Shown piece by piece: positions 36,529 through 47,458 of a stretch of DNA of 64,000 bases. The notes below the pieces were generated by a model. It did no database searches. It was not told where the DNA came from and saw only the letters and a program-made list of their open reading frames with translations. Source of the DNA: a virus; the IMG/VR virus record IMGVR_UViG_3300028610_001991, one strand, 5' to 3'. Each line of letters starts with the position of its first letter. Within the stretch, counting starts at the first letter, position 1. Position numbers and translations under genes: made by a program.

Positions 36529-37065
36529 ATGCCAGTGGGACCTTATCCTACATTTGATGTTTGTGTAGCAGCTCAACAAAAAAAAGGTAAGTCTAAAAAG
36601 TCTGCGCAAGCTATTTGCGGAGCAATAGAGCAAAGGACTAAGAAAGGAAAGGAAACCGGTTCTTTTACTGAAGCTAAAATAGTTTATGATTTGGTGAAGG
36701 CTGAAGTAGGTATAGATAGTTCTGCAGTATGGAAGCCTGCACGGAAGAATGATCTTCCAGATGCAGCATTTGCATATGTTGAATCAGGAAAAAAGGAAAA
36801 GATAAATGGTAAGACACTTACTAAGCCAAGGAGTAAAAGACATTTACCGCATCACACTTTTGCAGTAAAAACAGGAAGTGAAAGTGATACAATAGATAAA
36901 CCTCATCTTAGAAATGCGTTAGCTCGTGTTTCTCAGACAGGCATAGGCATATCACCAACGGCTAAAGTTAGTGCTGAACGTCATTTAAGAAGACATGCTA
37001 ATGCTTTGAAAATAGGTGAAGGTGACGACAAGAAAGTACAAAAATTAAAAAATAAGGATAAGTAA
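36529..37065 (+). CDS. head-morphogenesis-associated protein (DUF6582-like)
   Basis: NDLPDAAFAYVE...PRSKRHLPHH...HLRNALARV. Confidence 0.55.
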   Translation: MPVGPYPTFDVCVAAQQKKGKSKKSAQAICGAIEQRTKKGKETGSFTEAKIVYDLVKAEVGIDSSAVWKPARKNDLPDAAFAYVESGKKEKINGKTLTKPRSKRHLPHHTFAVKTGSESDTIDKPHLRNALARVSQTGIGISPTAKVSAERHLRRHANALKIGEGDDKKVQKLKNKDK

Positions 37066-38684
37066 TGTCAGACATTATTAAAACTCCGGATTACTTTAAT
37101 ATCCCTATACAGTCTGTTGATTATGCTAAGGACTTAGATGAGGTACCGTTTTTTGAAAAAAGATCGAGTGTTTTACAGCAGATAATGCCTGAGAAGCAAG
37201 TAGACCTTGCTTATGGTACGGCTTTATATGTATCTCAAGGCGGGAATAAAAACGGTTATTATTTCTCTAACCATTTATTGTTAGCTAATTATAAAACAGG
37301 TTTATTAAAGCCTATTAACGTAGGACATAGTGCCGAGTTTATAGTAGGTGTTGTTTATGATGTGGCTTTGTCTAAAAAAGGAGATACAGATAATCCCGAA
37401 CCTAAATTTAGTTTAATTGAAGATTCAAGAGTTAAGGTAACATCCGACAAAGGAATCTATACTGAGGGATATAGAGGTGAGGTTGATGTTTGGACCCACT
37501 TCGTATTATTTAAAATAATTTACCCAGGTGTTGTAGAGGTTTTAAAAGAAAATGTTTCAGGTAATATGGAGTATGATAAATACTTTATGTCTATGGAAAT
37601 TCTTTTTGACGATTATAAATATTTATGGGATGAGGATGAAGCTACAGCTTTTGATCGTACTTATAAAAATCAATACCTTGATGAGTATATAGGTAAAACT
37701 TTCGAAGGAAGAAAATTATTTAAGATGTATACAGGCCCGGTGGCGTTTGGCGGAGGCGGGATAGTAAGTGATCCTGCTGAATCTAGAGCAGTATTGGCAG
37801 ATGTTGCTAATAAAGATGTTGCAGCTACAAATCTCTCCATTAAAAAAGATGGAGATTTGTATAAAGTTTACAGTCTCAATGGTAGTGAAATGGGTAGAAA
37901 AGAGGATAAGGACAGGGCGGACAATAATAAGAAAAATTCTAATAAGGAGGAATTAATTATGGCAGACGACAAAATCGATGTTGCAAAGATGGTTCAAGAC
38001 GTTGAGAATAATGTTCTTGAGAGAGTTAAATCGTTGCAAGCTGTTGAAAAACTTGATAAAGCTTCTGCGACAATTGCAGCTCAAAAAGAAGAAATTACTT
38101 CTTTAACTAAGAACTTACAGGATGTATCTGCTGCAAGTGACGATGCTATACATGAAGCTGAAGGATCATTAGAAGAATCTAATTCTAAGCTCGACGAATC
38201 TAATACTAAAATTACTGAACTTGAGAATAAAAATAAAGAGCTTGAGAATAATCAGATGACTGAAGAAGATAAAAAAGAACTTGCTGATTATCGTATCCAT
38301 AAACTTTCTACAGAGCGGTTAGAGGATCTTTCTAGTAAAAAGATCATTATTCCTGAAGATAAGAAAGGTGAAGTTATGGAAAAACTTGGTAAATTTTCTA
38401 ATGAAGAGTATAGTGCTTATGTTTCTGCGTTAGAGATGGCCGGGGTTAAAGATGAAGCCGCTAATAAAGGTGCGGCAGGTAAAGATACAGCAGGATCTAA
38501 AGATACCGGGAAAACTGGTGCGGAAGGTAAGGCAGCTGATAAAATTCTTTCTAACGCAAGTGTTACTCCTGATGCTGATTTGCAGCAGGATACAGCATCA
38601 GCAGATGCAAAAAGTGTTAACTTCAAAAGTGCGCTTAGAAGTGTAACGACTCGAACTAAAGAAAACCCTCGTGGGGGTCGTTAA
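37065..38684 (+). CDS. prohead protease/scaffold
   Basis: Position between portal and capsid; N-terminal alpha/beta domain (H at INVGH, S at SMEI), C-terminal coiled coil. Confidence 0.65.
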   Translation: MSDIIKTPDYFNIPIQSVDYAKDLDEVPFFEKRSSVLQQIMPEKQVDLAYGTALYVSQGGNKNGYYFSNHLLLANYKTGLLKPINVGHSAEFIVGVVYDVALSKKGDTDNPEPKFSLIEDSRVKVTSDKGIYTEGYRGEVDVWTHFVLFKIIYPGVVEVLKENVSGNMEYDKYFMSMEILFDDYKYLWDEDEATAFDRTYKNQYLDEYIGKTFEGRKLFKMYTGPVAFGGGGIVSDPAESRAVLADVANKDVAATNLSIKKDGDLYKVYSLNGSEMGRKEDKDRADNNKKNSNKEELIMADDKIDVAKMVQDVENNVLERVKSLQAVEKLDKASATIAAQKEEITSLTKNLQDVSAASDDAIHEAEGSLEESNSKLDESNTKITELENKNKELENNQMTEEDKKELADYRIHKLSTERLEDLSSKKIIIPEDKKGEVMEKLGKFSNEEYSAYVSALEMAGVKDEAANKGAAGKDTAGSKDTGKTGAEGKAADKILSNASVTPDADLQQDTASADAKSVNFKSALRSVTTRTKENPRGGR

Positions 38685-38731
38685 TTTATTTAACGATTTT
38701 AATTTAAATACTAATATAGGAGGAAATAATC

Positions 38732-39373
38732 ATGCCAGTGAATCCAGTTGTTAATTATAGACAAATTAACCGGTATTCTAAGCAGTTCGAGCCGATAGAC
38801 GGAGATTTTGTTAAAGAGGGATATTTTAAGATCCCTGCGGCAGAGATCGAAGCTCTCGGTTATGGTGATGCTGAAGATGTTCCGGAAGGTATTGCCGTAA
38901 AACTAGCTGTTCCCGGTTCTTCACAGACGAAAAATTCTGTGTATGTACAATATGAGGAAGGCGATCTGGAAATCTGTGATACAGATGATGCAGAGGTTTA
39001 CGGTGTAACAGTCCAGAGAATTATTCCAGTAGGAACAAACTTTCCTTATAAAAGGAAAGAATATTCATCTGCAGTTTTTCGTGGTGAGTATGTTGGTGTA
39101 GTAACAGGTCATTTCATCGCAATGTTAATGGGAATTCACCTTGAGACAGGAGTAGGAACAACAGTTCCCGCAGTTAAAGATTATTTGTATGTAGGAGATA
39201 AAGGTATGCTCTCCTTAGACGGAGAAAATGGAGCCGGCTCTACCGGTAAGAAAGTTGCCCGAATTTTATCTAGAGATAGGTTGCCTAGACAGTTTAGTGA
39301 TGGTGCAGTAAAAGCTGGTTCAACTCATAAAGAAGTGATGGTTAAATGTTTCTTAACGGAGAATCCGTCGTAA
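38732..39373 (+). CDS. capsid decoration/minor head protein
   Basis: Directly upstream of the major capsid protein; DYLYVG..G.L pattern. Confidence 0.55.
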   Translation: MPVNPVVNYRQINRYSKQFEPIDGDFVKEGYFKIPAAEIEALGYGDAEDVPEGIAVKLAVPGSSQTKNSVYVQYEEGDLEICDTDDAEVYGVTVQRIIPVGTNFPYKRKEYSSAVFRGEYVGVVTGHFIAMLMGIHLETGVGTTVPAVKDYLYVGDKGMLSLDGENGAGSTGKKVARILSRDRLPRQFSDGAVKAGSTHKEVMVKCFLTENPS

Positions 39374-39399
39374 GACGCGGATAATACAGGAGGAATAAC

Positions 39400-40347
39400 A
39401 TGAGAAACGATTTATTGTTGAAAATTGAATCTGGTGACGCGTTATCTGATTCTGAGAAACGTGAACTTTTCATGGAGATGGGCAAAAACAGTCGTGAGGC
39501 TGAAGAGCTCAGAAAAGATTTCGCAGCGTCCAGGGGTGAGTTACTATTACCGGTATTAAGGCAACAATCACTAATTAGGCAAATATTTAGAGAATCTTTT
39601 ACTAACGGACAACAAATACCTTATCCTATCAGATCTAAGAGGATTAGAGCTGCTTGGTTTATGGCTAGTATATCAGGTGTTCCACAAAGAACAGCTGAAC
39701 AAGATGAGATGGTGTTTCCAACTTTTTATATAAAAGGTGGAGCTCGTTGGTATCTTGATTATGCTAGAGCAGGAAATTACGAGTTAATTGAAGAACTCGA
39801 AAATGACCAAATGGACGAAGTAGCATACAAAGAAAATCTAGCCGGATGGACACTTATAAAAGCTGCTGAAGCTTCTGGTGACATGCTTGTCATTGATAAG
39901 ATTTCTGCTGAGACAGGTTTCACAGTTAAAGTAATGGTAGAAATCATTACTAACTTGGAAGAGCAGGACGATAAGAGACAGATATCAGATATATATCTTT
40001 CTCCGAGACGCTATAACGATATTCTCAATTGGGCTAAGTTAGACGTTGAACAGTTAGACGATGGCACAAGACGAGAGATATTTAGTAGAGGTCCTGAAGC
40101 TGTAGCCAATATTCTCAGAAGCTGGGGTGTAGCTTTTCATAAAGTTTTTGATCCTGAATTTGTAGATGATACTAAATGCTATTGTTTTCAAGGCAGTAGA
40201 TTTGGTGTTATGCCTGTTGACAAGCGATGGGAAACAGTGCATGACGATCAAGCTAAGATGACCTGGGAAGATGGATGGATTGGGCGTGAACAGGTTGGTT
40301 TCGGTATTACCGATTTACCATCTGGTTGCGTTTATAAATTTGCATAA
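39400..40347 (+). CDS. major capsid protein (HK97 fold)
   Basis: 315 aa, position, strong RBS, downstream terminator. Confidence 0.75.
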   Translation: MRNDLLLKIESGDALSDSEKRELFMEMGKNSREAEELRKDFAASRGELLLPVLRQQSLIRQIFRESFTNGQQIPYPIRSKRIRAAWFMASISGVPQRTAEQDEMVFPTFYIKGGARWYLDYARAGNYELIEELENDQMDEVAYKENLAGWTLIKAAEASGDMLVIDKISAETGFTVKVMVEIITNLEEQDDKRQISDIYLSPRRYNDILNWAKLDVEQLDDGTRREIFSRGPEAVANILRSWGVAFHKVFDPEFVDDTKCYCFQGSRFGVMPVDKRWETVHDDQAKMTWEDGWIGREQVGFGITDLPSGCVYKFA

Positions 40348-40362
40348 ATTTAAATAGTAGGG

Positions 40363-40396
40363 AAGAGGGTTCTTTAGTAGGGGCCCTCTTTACTTA
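40363..40396 (+). terminator. intrinsic terminator-like hairpin after the capsid gene
   Basis: AAGAGGGTTCT-loop-GGGGCCCTCTT-TACTTA. Confidence 0.6.
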
Positions 40397-40410
40397 TTAA
40401 AGGAGCAGGT

Positions 40411-40941
40411 ATGGCAGTAGTAAAAGATGTAACAGTTGAAAAACCTGAAGAACCTAAGCCTTTGGGTTTTAAGGACAGGGTTGAAAATACAGGTAAGTTT
40501 GCTAAGGTAGAAGAAGCCATAAGGCAAGTACCTAGACATAGAGACTTGAATCAATTACCCAAATATAAGCATTTACTCAAAGACGCGGATGATCCAAAAA
40601 AATTAGTGTCTAAGGGGTATAGTGAGATTGAGAAAGCTGTAAATAGATATTATCAAGAGAAAAACATTAATGCTTTACAGGTATTTTTACAAAACTTTAT
40701 GTATTTTCCTCGTGACTTGGTAAAAATGGCTGAAAAGTATTACGATGAACTAGCTAGGAGGCAAGACTCTTCAACGGGAGGTGCTTTCACTATAGAAGAA
40801 CTGAAAGAAAAAAAGCTTATTGAGTTGATGACTTTGGGAAATAAGTTAGGATTGTTTTTTCAAAATGGAAAAACAAAAGAAGCGATGATAGAGGCGATCA
40901 TGACCATGCAAAAGATAAATGTAAGGAGAAGAAAAGTCTAA
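40411..40941 (+). CDS. hypothetical protein with C-terminal Rho-N/HeH-like domain
   Basis: ELKEKKL.EL..L...LGL...KTKEAMIEAI. Confidence 0.55.
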   Translation: MAVVKDVTVEKPEEPKPLGFKDRVENTGKFAKVEEAIRQVPRHRDLNQLPKYKHLLKDADDPKKLVSKGYSEIEKAVNRYYQEKNINALQVFLQNFMYFPRDLVKMAEKYYDELARRQDSSTGGAFTIEELKEKKLIELMTLGNKLGLFFQNGKTKEAMIEAIMTMQKINVRRRKV

Positions 40942-41702
40942 TGGCAGCTACTGTAGATACTGAATCAGTTGAGACAGAAGTTCTTATTCTTCGGGCTACC
41001 GGAGATGAAAGGATAAGTTATTTGCAGAAATATCCGACTGTGCCCTATGAGGACTCTTTTGCATTAAAAATATATAAAAGGCCTTTAGGTGTAACAGATC
41101 CAACAAGATTAATAGTAAATACTGATTTTGTAATGGATGACGAGAATGCTACAGTCCAGTATCTGACAGATTTTAGTGAAGATGATTATGTTTATATACA
41201 AGACTATGAGTATGAAACTATCTATCATAAGTATATATCCTCTTTAAGAGATACGGTAGGAGATAATAACTTTATTAATTTGCGCTACGGAGCAGACACC
41301 CTAATTCGTTACTTTCATAAAGCGATCTTTGAAAAAATAGTTCCTGTTTCTGATTGGGTATTTACTTTGGATGAGGATGTTAGTAGGGTTGAAGAAAGTA
41401 TAGATAATATAAAATTGGATTTTATCGTTGATTTTGCTGCTTTAATGCTTCAGAGGGCTGAGTTAAAAACAGCGCTGCGAAGAGCGATAGTAATTAGCGA
41501 TGCTACATCTAGACTTGATACTACAAAGCATTTGAAGATAATGCAGGATCAGGTTATTAAAGACGAAGAAACTTTAGCATATACTTTAGATCAATATTTA
41601 ATAACATCAGGGATGTTGGATGGTAGTCTATTACTAGCGATAAAGGGCTCTATTAAAGCTAGAACTATTATAGACTATGCAGGTAATGCTATATTAGTAT
41701 AG
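40941..41702 (+). CDS. head-tail adaptor
   Basis: Synteny; LRDTVGD...Y pattern. Confidence 0.55.
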   Translation: MAATVDTESVETEVLILRATGDERISYLQKYPTVPYEDSFALKIYKRPLGVTDPTRLIVNTDFVMDDENATVQYLTDFSEDDYVYIQDYEYETIYHKYISSLRDTVGDNNFINLRYGADTLIRYFHKAIFEKIVPVSDWVFTLDEDVSRVEESIDNIKLDFIVDFAALMLQRAELKTALRRAIVISDATSRLDTTKHLKIMQDQVIKDEETLAYTLDQYLITSGMLDGSLLLAIKGSIKARTIIDYAGNAILV

Positions 41703-41710
41703 GATAATAT

Positions 41711-42232
41711 ATGGCAGAACAATTAGTAGATGAGAATACTTTCTTTTTATATAAGGAAGGCATGGCCAGTATGAGGGAGACTCTTGGAAGAAGGATTATT
41801 GTTAAACTTCCTTCTATTGTTCAGGATTGTCCTAATTGTTCATGGGATGATGTTAACCAGAGAAGTTCTGGTATGTATGACCCAATATATCCTTACCCGG
41901 CTAGTATTCCCGGACCAAAATCATTTAAAGGAAGATGCCCCGTTTGTAAAGGTAAAGGTAAAGTTGCTTATTCTGAACAAAGTAAGAGAATAAAAGGTCA
42001 GTGTACATGGCTAGAAGGTAAGGCACGAACAGTAACGGTTGGCGGTAAGACATATGATACTGATATAAAAGCCTCCAATATAGATATTCGATTTTATGAT
42101 ATAGTTGAAAAAGCTGACTCATTTATAGTTGACGGTCAAGAAGTAGACTTAGCCTTTAAGCCTTTAAAAGAGGGTTTACGAGATTTAATTAAGTTTACAG
42201 CGTATTTTACTCATAGTAAACTTAGTACTTAA
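41711..42232 (+). CDS. head closure/stopper-like protein with zinc finger
   Basis: CPNC...CPVC.GKG; synteny. Confidence 0.55.
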   Translation: MAEQLVDENTFFLYKEGMASMRETLGRRIIVKLPSIVQDCPNCSWDDVNQRSSGMYDPIYPYPASIPGPKSFKGRCPVCKGKGKVAYSEQSKRIKGQCTWLEGKARTVTVGGKTYDTDIKASNIDIRFYDIVEKADSFIVDGQEVDLAFKPLKEGLRDLIKFTAYFTHSKLST

Positions 42233-42242
42233 GAGGTAAACC

Positions 42243-42572
42243 TTGATACTAGAAAAGAATATAGCGCAGGCTTTACTGGAAATTAAGACAGAGGTTAGAA
42301 ATAATATTCTAGAACAGTTAGAGAAGGGGGCTACGTTACATTTTTCAGGTTACTGGGTTTCTGTTGATACCGTTACAGAGCTTTTTAATAGTATGCAGGT
42401 ATTTGTTGAAAGAGATTCAGTAGTAGTTAATAAGAGTGATGTACCGGCTTTAGTACCGGTAAAGGTATTAAATGTTTTTGAGGTGATTCTAATTGAAAGT
42501 GTTAGAGCTGTAATTAAAGGAGATAATGTACCAAAGTATACAATACCAGAAATTGAGAGGTTGGTAACATAA
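42243..42572 (+). CDS. hypothetical neck-region protein
   Basis: ORF track, synteny. Confidence 0.5.
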   Translation: MILEKNIAQALLEIKTEVRNNILEQLEKGATLHFSGYWVSVDTVTELFNSMQVFVERDSVVVNKSDVPALVPVKVLNVFEVILIESVRAVIKGDNVPKYTIPEIERLVT

Positions 42573-42573
42573 C

Positions 42574-43371
42574 ATGGCTTTTAGTGAAATTAAGTTAGTT
42601 GATCTTAATATTTTTCACCATATTCGCGAACAAGTATTATATTCTTCTCCGCCTCTAGGAGAAGAGGATGTATCTTTTGATGAATACATAGAGGATGATA
42701 TTTTAGACGCGACTGAAATACTTGAATTAGGTATTACTGTAAAAAGCCATAAAGCGTATCGTTCGTCTAATAGAAATTGGATTTATTATGACACCAAAGA
42801 TATTGAGATTGTAATTAAAAAAAACGGATATGTTATTGGTTCTTCAGATTATATAGTTAATTATAACGAAGGTATTATAGTATTTACTGATCAATTTGCA
42901 GGAACTCTTGATGATGTTGATGATATAACAGCAGACTATTACTGTATGACTGTAAATGTTATGGATGGCTATCCATACGATAAATTAAAGAAGCCTGAGT
43001 TTCAGAACAACCTTCCGGTTGTTGCTGTTGAATATATGGACGGTGTACCAGTACCGTATGAACTTGGGGGAACGGAAGAAGAACTGAGGTCTTTTACACT
43101 ACATGTGTTAGCATCCTCAGATTCGGAAAGAGATGATCTAGCAGGTATAATAGCTAAAAGTTTAAAAGCTTCGATACCTATAATAGATTATAGGCAGGGT
43201 ATGCCTCTGAACTTTGACGGTAGTAAAAATTCAGAGTTCGGGTACGGTATACTTGATAAAGGAAGAATCTTATTTGAGAATATTCGTAACAGGACTATTC
43301 GTCTTGAGGATCCATTACCTATACAAAGGTTTTGGAATGTTATAACCCTTAGTACAAGGAGCTTTATTTAA
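42574..43371 (+). CDS. tail terminator/completion-like protein
   Basis: LPVVAV...YELGG...HVLA.SD.ERDDL..I; synteny. Confidence 0.55.
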   Translation: MAFSEIKLVDLNIFHHIREQVLYSSPPLGEEDVSFDEYIEDDILDATEILELGITVKSHKAYRSSNRNWIYYDTKDIEIVIKKNGYVIGSSDYIVNYNEGIIVFTDQFAGTLDDVDDITADYYCMTVNVMDGYPYDKLKKPEFQNNLPVVAVEYMDGVPVPYELGGTEEELRSFTLHVLASSDSERDDLAGIIAKSLKASIPIIDYRQGMPLNFDGSKNSEFGYGILDKGRILFENIRNRTIRLEDPLPIQRFWNVITLSTRSFI

Positions 43372-43565
43372 TGGTTTTAAAGTGTAATGCCTGTGAGGCT
43401 ATAGTAAGGCCTAGGAATACATCAAAAGTATGTCCTAAGTGTAGTAAGGGTGTTTTAGAAGAGATGAATTTCCATGAGGAAAAAAAAGAACCCATTTCGA
43501 TAGAGACAATTTTTGAGAGAAAAGCTGAAAATGCTAATATTAAAGTGAACGAAAAAATACTTTAG
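43371..43565 (+). CDS. zinc-ribbon protein
   Basis: CNAC...CPKC. Confidence 0.6.
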   Translation: MVLKCNACEAIVRPRNTSKVCPKCSKGVLEEMNFHEEKKEPISIETIFERKAENANIKVNEKIL

Positions 43566-43577
43566 GAGGTAAACATT

Positions 43578-45278
43578 ATGAGTCGTGAAGTAAGAAATAT
43601 TTATCCTGGTGAGTGTCTGTTTCTTAATGACACCCAGGTATTGAGAGTTCAGACATTTGGAGCTTCAACAACTCTAAATTCTGAAGACGTGAATGAACTT
43701 GGTAATTTGGAAATTGTCGAAATTGTGGATAATGTTCCGGCAGTTGCAATTACCTTAGATACTTTCTGTCATGGAAGTATTGCGACAGTAGCTCTTCTTG
43801 CAGGAAAAGACCCACTTAATACAAGATATGTAAGAGCTGCAGATTTTGAATCAGCGTCAGTTGATATTTACGCGCCAATTATTCAAGGTGCAGATTACGG
43901 TAAAACTAATACCGAGGCTGCAGCGGGCACATTAGATATCTACCGTACCATGTATATTGATAACGCTTTTGTAAATTCTCAAACAATGACTTTTAATACG
44001 ACAGCAATAGCTACTGAGAATTATGCAATGGAATCGGATAATAAAGCATGGTATTTTAATGATGGTGCAAGTGTTGTTCGTGGTCAGGTTAACATCTCAA
44101 CAGGAGATACTGATTATGATACATCTGAGCTTACACTTGATTCAGGTAAAACAGCTGATGATGATACACTAATGACACAGCTCAATGATGGTAGTTACAC
44201 ACTAGCTACAGATTTAGACCAGCAAAAGATTATAAAAGTTATTGATGCTACAGATGGATTTACTGTGCTGAAAGAACTTACATCTGCCGGTAGTGTTGCT
44301 AATGGAGCTGGTGATCCTGCAGGTTTTGTAGCTGGACAATTTTATATTGAACAGCATCTTTCTATTGAGAGACCTACAGGTAACCCAGTTGGTGAAACTA
44401 TCCATATTCATACGGATGATGCAGTAACTTATGATACTGAAATACTTGATGTAAGGTATATTGCTAAGAAAGGTGGGGCTTATTTTAGTCCTGATGCTAG
44501 TTTTATTTCTGGTTTAAGACTTGGTCAGACTCAGATTTATCTAGCGCCTTTTTTATCTGGAACAACTAAAATTGATCCTGCTGATGAGATATTTTGGAGG
44601 ATGATAAGTTCTACAATTACAGTAACACTTACTAGAGAACCACTATTAGAGCTTGGTCATTTTAGACCTTACTCAAGGCCTTTAACATTCCCTATACCTG
44701 TTACAGTTGCATCTGAAGCTACAGATGCAGACACAGAAATGTTTGCAAAACTTTGTGGTAAAGATTTTGATACAGATACAGAAATATCTATTGATGATCT
44801 TTTAAAGGATCAGAACCTTATAGTTAAATTGTACAGGTATACTGATGTTCAAAGGAGAAAGATTGCAGCGGCTTTAGTAAATGATGGAGGTAAAAATATT
44901 ACAGGATTTAATGTAAGTGATACCTCGTTTGATGAAGATACTTGTGATCTTCCAGCATATGGTGGCGCAGGTATTGATGATAGTGTCACTGTAGGTAGTG
45001 AGACATACTATACACATGATCTTGCTCCTTTGCTGACAATAGTTGTTAAAAGATTAATACCTACCGGTGAAAATCAAAATCTTGCTATTGGTGGAAATGC
45101 TACGCAGACGTTTGATTTTAGAGCTGATAATGCTACTGTTGGTATTGGCGGAGCCAATGAGCTTTGTATCGGATCTTACGGTACAAACCAGGGGGCTGGC
45201 GTTGATACTTCAGAGATTGTAGCAGGCGCTCATGGCTGGCAGGCTTTTAAGTACAGCGGAACTGATGCTGATATTTAA
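43578..45278 (+). CDS. major tail (tube) protein with inserted domains
   Basis: RVQ.F...ELGN..IV.I motif; upstream of chaperones and TMP; followed by a terminator. Confidence 0.65.
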   Translation: MSREVRNIYPGECLFLNDTQVLRVQTFGASTTLNSEDVNELGNLEIVEIVDNVPAVAITLDTFCHGSIATVALLAGKDPLNTRYVRAADFESASVDIYAPIIQGADYGKTNTEAAAGTLDIYRTMYIDNAFVNSQTMTFNTTAIATENYAMESDNKAWYFNDGASVVRGQVNISTGDTDYDTSELTLDSGKTADDDTLMTQLNDGSYTLATDLDQQKIIKVIDATDGFTVLKELTSAGSVANGAGDPAGFVAGQFYIEQHLSIERPTGNPVGETIHIHTDDAVTYDTEILDVRYIAKKGGAYFSPDASFISGLRLGQTQIYLAPFLSGTTKIDPADEIFWRMISSTITVTLTREPLLELGHFRPYSRPLTFPIPVTVASEATDADTEMFAKLCGKDFDTDTEISIDDLLKDQNLIVKLYRYTDVQRRKIAAALVNDGGKNITGFNVSDTSFDEDTCDLPAYGGAGIDDSVTVGSETYYTHDLAPLLTIVVKRLIPTGENQNLAIGGNATQTFDFRADNATVGIGGANELCIGSYGTNQGAGVDTSEIVAGAHGWQAFKYSGTDADI

Positions 45279-45288
45279 TTAATTGTAT

Positions 45289-45326
45289 ACTCAAGGCAAG
45301 ATACTTCTTGCCTTGAGTTTTATTTT
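45289..45326 (+). terminator. intrinsic terminator
   Basis: Perfect 12-bp stem ACTCAAGGCAAG/CTTGCCTTGAGT followed by TTTATTTT. Confidence 0.85.
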
Positions 45327-45339
45327 AAAGGAGAAATCC

Positions 45340-45630
45340 ATGAATGAAGGTAAGGGTAAGGACATGGTTCCAGACGGAACAGGGCTTTTATATGGTTATT
45401 TTGAACAAATGTATAAAGGTATGTTTGAAAAACAATTAGATATTTTAGAGTATATACTCATCTTGACAGCACCAAAAGATAAAGATGAAATGTTTGTTAA
45501 ACTTAAATCTAAAATATTAAGGCTAGGGAATAATTCATTGCGTCAAGTACAAGATGAATTAAGGAAATATGATATTAGACCGAAGGATGTGGTACATGAT
45601 ATTGTTGTACCACCACAGAATCGGAATTAA
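45340..45630 (+). CDS. hypothetical protein
   Basis: Track ORF 45283..45630 trimmed to ATG 45340 (AAGGAG RBS). Confidence 0.6.
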   Translation: MNEGKGKDMVPDGTGLLYGYFEQMYKGMFEKQLDILEYILILTAPKDKDEMFVKLKSKILRLGNNSLRQVQDELRKYDIRPKDVVHDIVVPPQNRN

Positions 45631-45647
45631 TTAAAAAGGAGAAGGCT

Positions 45648-46421
45648 ATGGCAGACAATGAGAAAAAATTGGCTGAGGAAACTAAAGAAACACCGACCGC
45701 ACCTCCGGGATCACCAAGTCCAGAGGCTGCAACTACAGGTGAAGTTATTGAAGACGAAAAGGCACGTAAATTTACTTGGGTAGATAATCAGGGCGCTAAA
45801 CTTAACCTAAATATTCGTAGGCCTACAGGTGAAGAAGTACAGGCTAGTGATTGGGAATATGCAAGGATATTTAACGAGGCTATCCAGGAAGGGATTATCC
45901 CGCGAGCTGCTCTTATTTCCATATTACAGGAAAGAGGTATCAACTTTGATAAACAGCAGGAAGAAGTAACTGTAATGCAGGATGAGTTGAATGCTTTAAT
46001 AACTGAATTAGAGGAAGTTCGTAAGAAAGAGGATAAGGGTAAGGTTACTGAAGTAAAAGACGACATAAAGGATTTACGTGATAAGCTAATAGTTAAAAGG
46101 ACTGCAATTTCTGATTATACGAGAAATTGTGCTGAGAGTATGGCAAATGATGCAAGAGATGTATTCGTATTAGCTACTATTTTGGAAAAAGATGGAGAGT
46201 CTTTTTTTAATTCAAAACAGATAGGTACTAGACAGGCTATGCGGGAGAGATTGAAAAAGTTCCAGAAAGACGAATACACTACACTACGGCTGCAGGGCTC
46301 TTATGAGTTTATGACATTTGCTAACGGGTTGCCTTCTAACTTTATGGAGCAGTTTCCAGAGAGACAATCAGAGAAATGGGAAACTACTACTAAAGGTAAA
46401 CAGAAAGCTGCTAGTAAATGA
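45648..46421 (+). CDS. tail assembly chaperone
   Basis: IRRPT motif, coiled coil, position. Confidence 0.55.
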   Translation: MADNEKKLAEETKETPTAPPGSPSPEAATTGEVIEDEKARKFTWVDNQGAKLNLNIRRPTGEEVQASDWEYARIFNEAIQEGIIPRAALISILQERGINFDKQQEEVTVMQDELNALITELEEVRKKEDKGKVTEVKDDIKDLRDKLIVKRTAISDYTRNCAESMANDARDVFVLATILEKDGESFFNSKQIGTRQAMRERLKKFQKDEYTTLRLQGSYEFMTFANGLPSNFMEQFPERQSEKWETTTKGKQKAASK

Positions 46422-47458
46422 GTGTAGTCCTTAACGACGAAGAGGTAAGACTATATTTTTCAGAGATAGCTACTGGGACAAGGACTATTACTGTTAAGAA
46501 CAGTAAAGGCAAGGAACTACTAGGAATATTAAGACAACCTACCGCTCTAGAGTATAGAGTAGGGGCGGAAATATATAAAGATACTTTTGAAGATAGTATC
46601 GTTAACAATATAAGAACCAGAAAACAATTAGAGACTGATTTTATTAAACAGTATAACTTTTTAACTGAAGCAGAACTGTCTAAGCTCTCTAGGTTAGAAT
46701 CAGAATTAAAGGTACTAAGAAAGCAATTAATAAGACTTTCTGGTGAGCCGATTTTAGTCAGGCAGAGAAGAGAAGACCTAGATAAGAAAGAAATAGAGTA
46801 CTACACTTTATTTTCAAAAAGAGCTAAGTACTACACAGAAACAGCAGAGTATCAGGCTGAGTCTACAGAGATGTTTCACTATGCTAAATTTTGTATATCT
46901 TTGTGGAAGACTACAGAAAGTTTTCTGGTCGAAAGAGATGATGTATTACGAAGACAAGCTATCCAACAACTTACTTCTTTTGTTCGCGGTTTTGATCAAG
47001 GAACCCTCAGGGCTTTAGCACGAAATCCTATTATTAGAACTCGGTGGAGAGCATCGAAAAAGACCGGTAATCCATTTTTTGGGATACCTATGCAAGGAGG
47101 AAATCAGTTTTTAGGTAGTCCTTCTGCATATTGGACACCAGATCAGATTGGTATGAGTTCCTGGCTTATGTACTATGATGATGTTACTGAAGCTTTTGAG
47201 GCTCCGGAATGGTTATTAAAAGACGATGAAAAGCTTGACCGCTGGGTTGAGAAGAAAATGGAGGCCAAGGAGCGAGAAAGGATTAAAAAACTGGGTGTAG
47301 GGTCTGACAGAGATGCTTATGATCACGAAGAGGTTATTGTTTTTGGTGATGATAAGGATTTACTATTTGGCGAGGGTTCTCCTTATACGCCTAAATGGGA
47401 TAAAGGAAAATCTGGAGATAATATTTCAGACCAGAAATCTATTTTAGGGAACAACTAA
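46418..47458 (+). CDS. second tail assembly chaperone-like protein
   Basis: LRQPT..E; YD.V.E..E.P.W...DD..LD.W pattern; abuts the TMP start. Confidence 0.55.
   Translation: MSVVLNDEEVRLYFSEIATGTRTITVKNSKGKELLGILRQPTALEYRVGAEIYKDTFEDSIVNNIRTRKQLETDFIKQYNFLTEAELSKLSRLESELKVLRKQLIRLSGEPILVRQRREDLDKKEIEYYTLFSKRAKYYTETAEYQAESTEMFHYAKFCISLWKTTESFLVERDDVLRRQAIQQLTSFVRGFDQGTLRALARNPIIRTRWRASKKTGNPFFGIPMQGGNQFLGSPSAYWTPDQIGMSSWLMYYDDVTEAFEAPEWLLKDDEKLDRWVEKKMEAKERERIKKLGVGSDRDAYDHEEVIVFGDDKDLLFGEGSPYTPKWDKGKSGDNISDQKSILGNN

Noticed and set aside
46190-46420. Possible lambda G/GT-type -1 frameshift between the two tail chaperones (T-run near 46200)
   Set aside because: The -1 frame hits TAG a few codons after the T-run, and a TAA (46415-46417) sits directly before ATG 46418, so no fusion is possible
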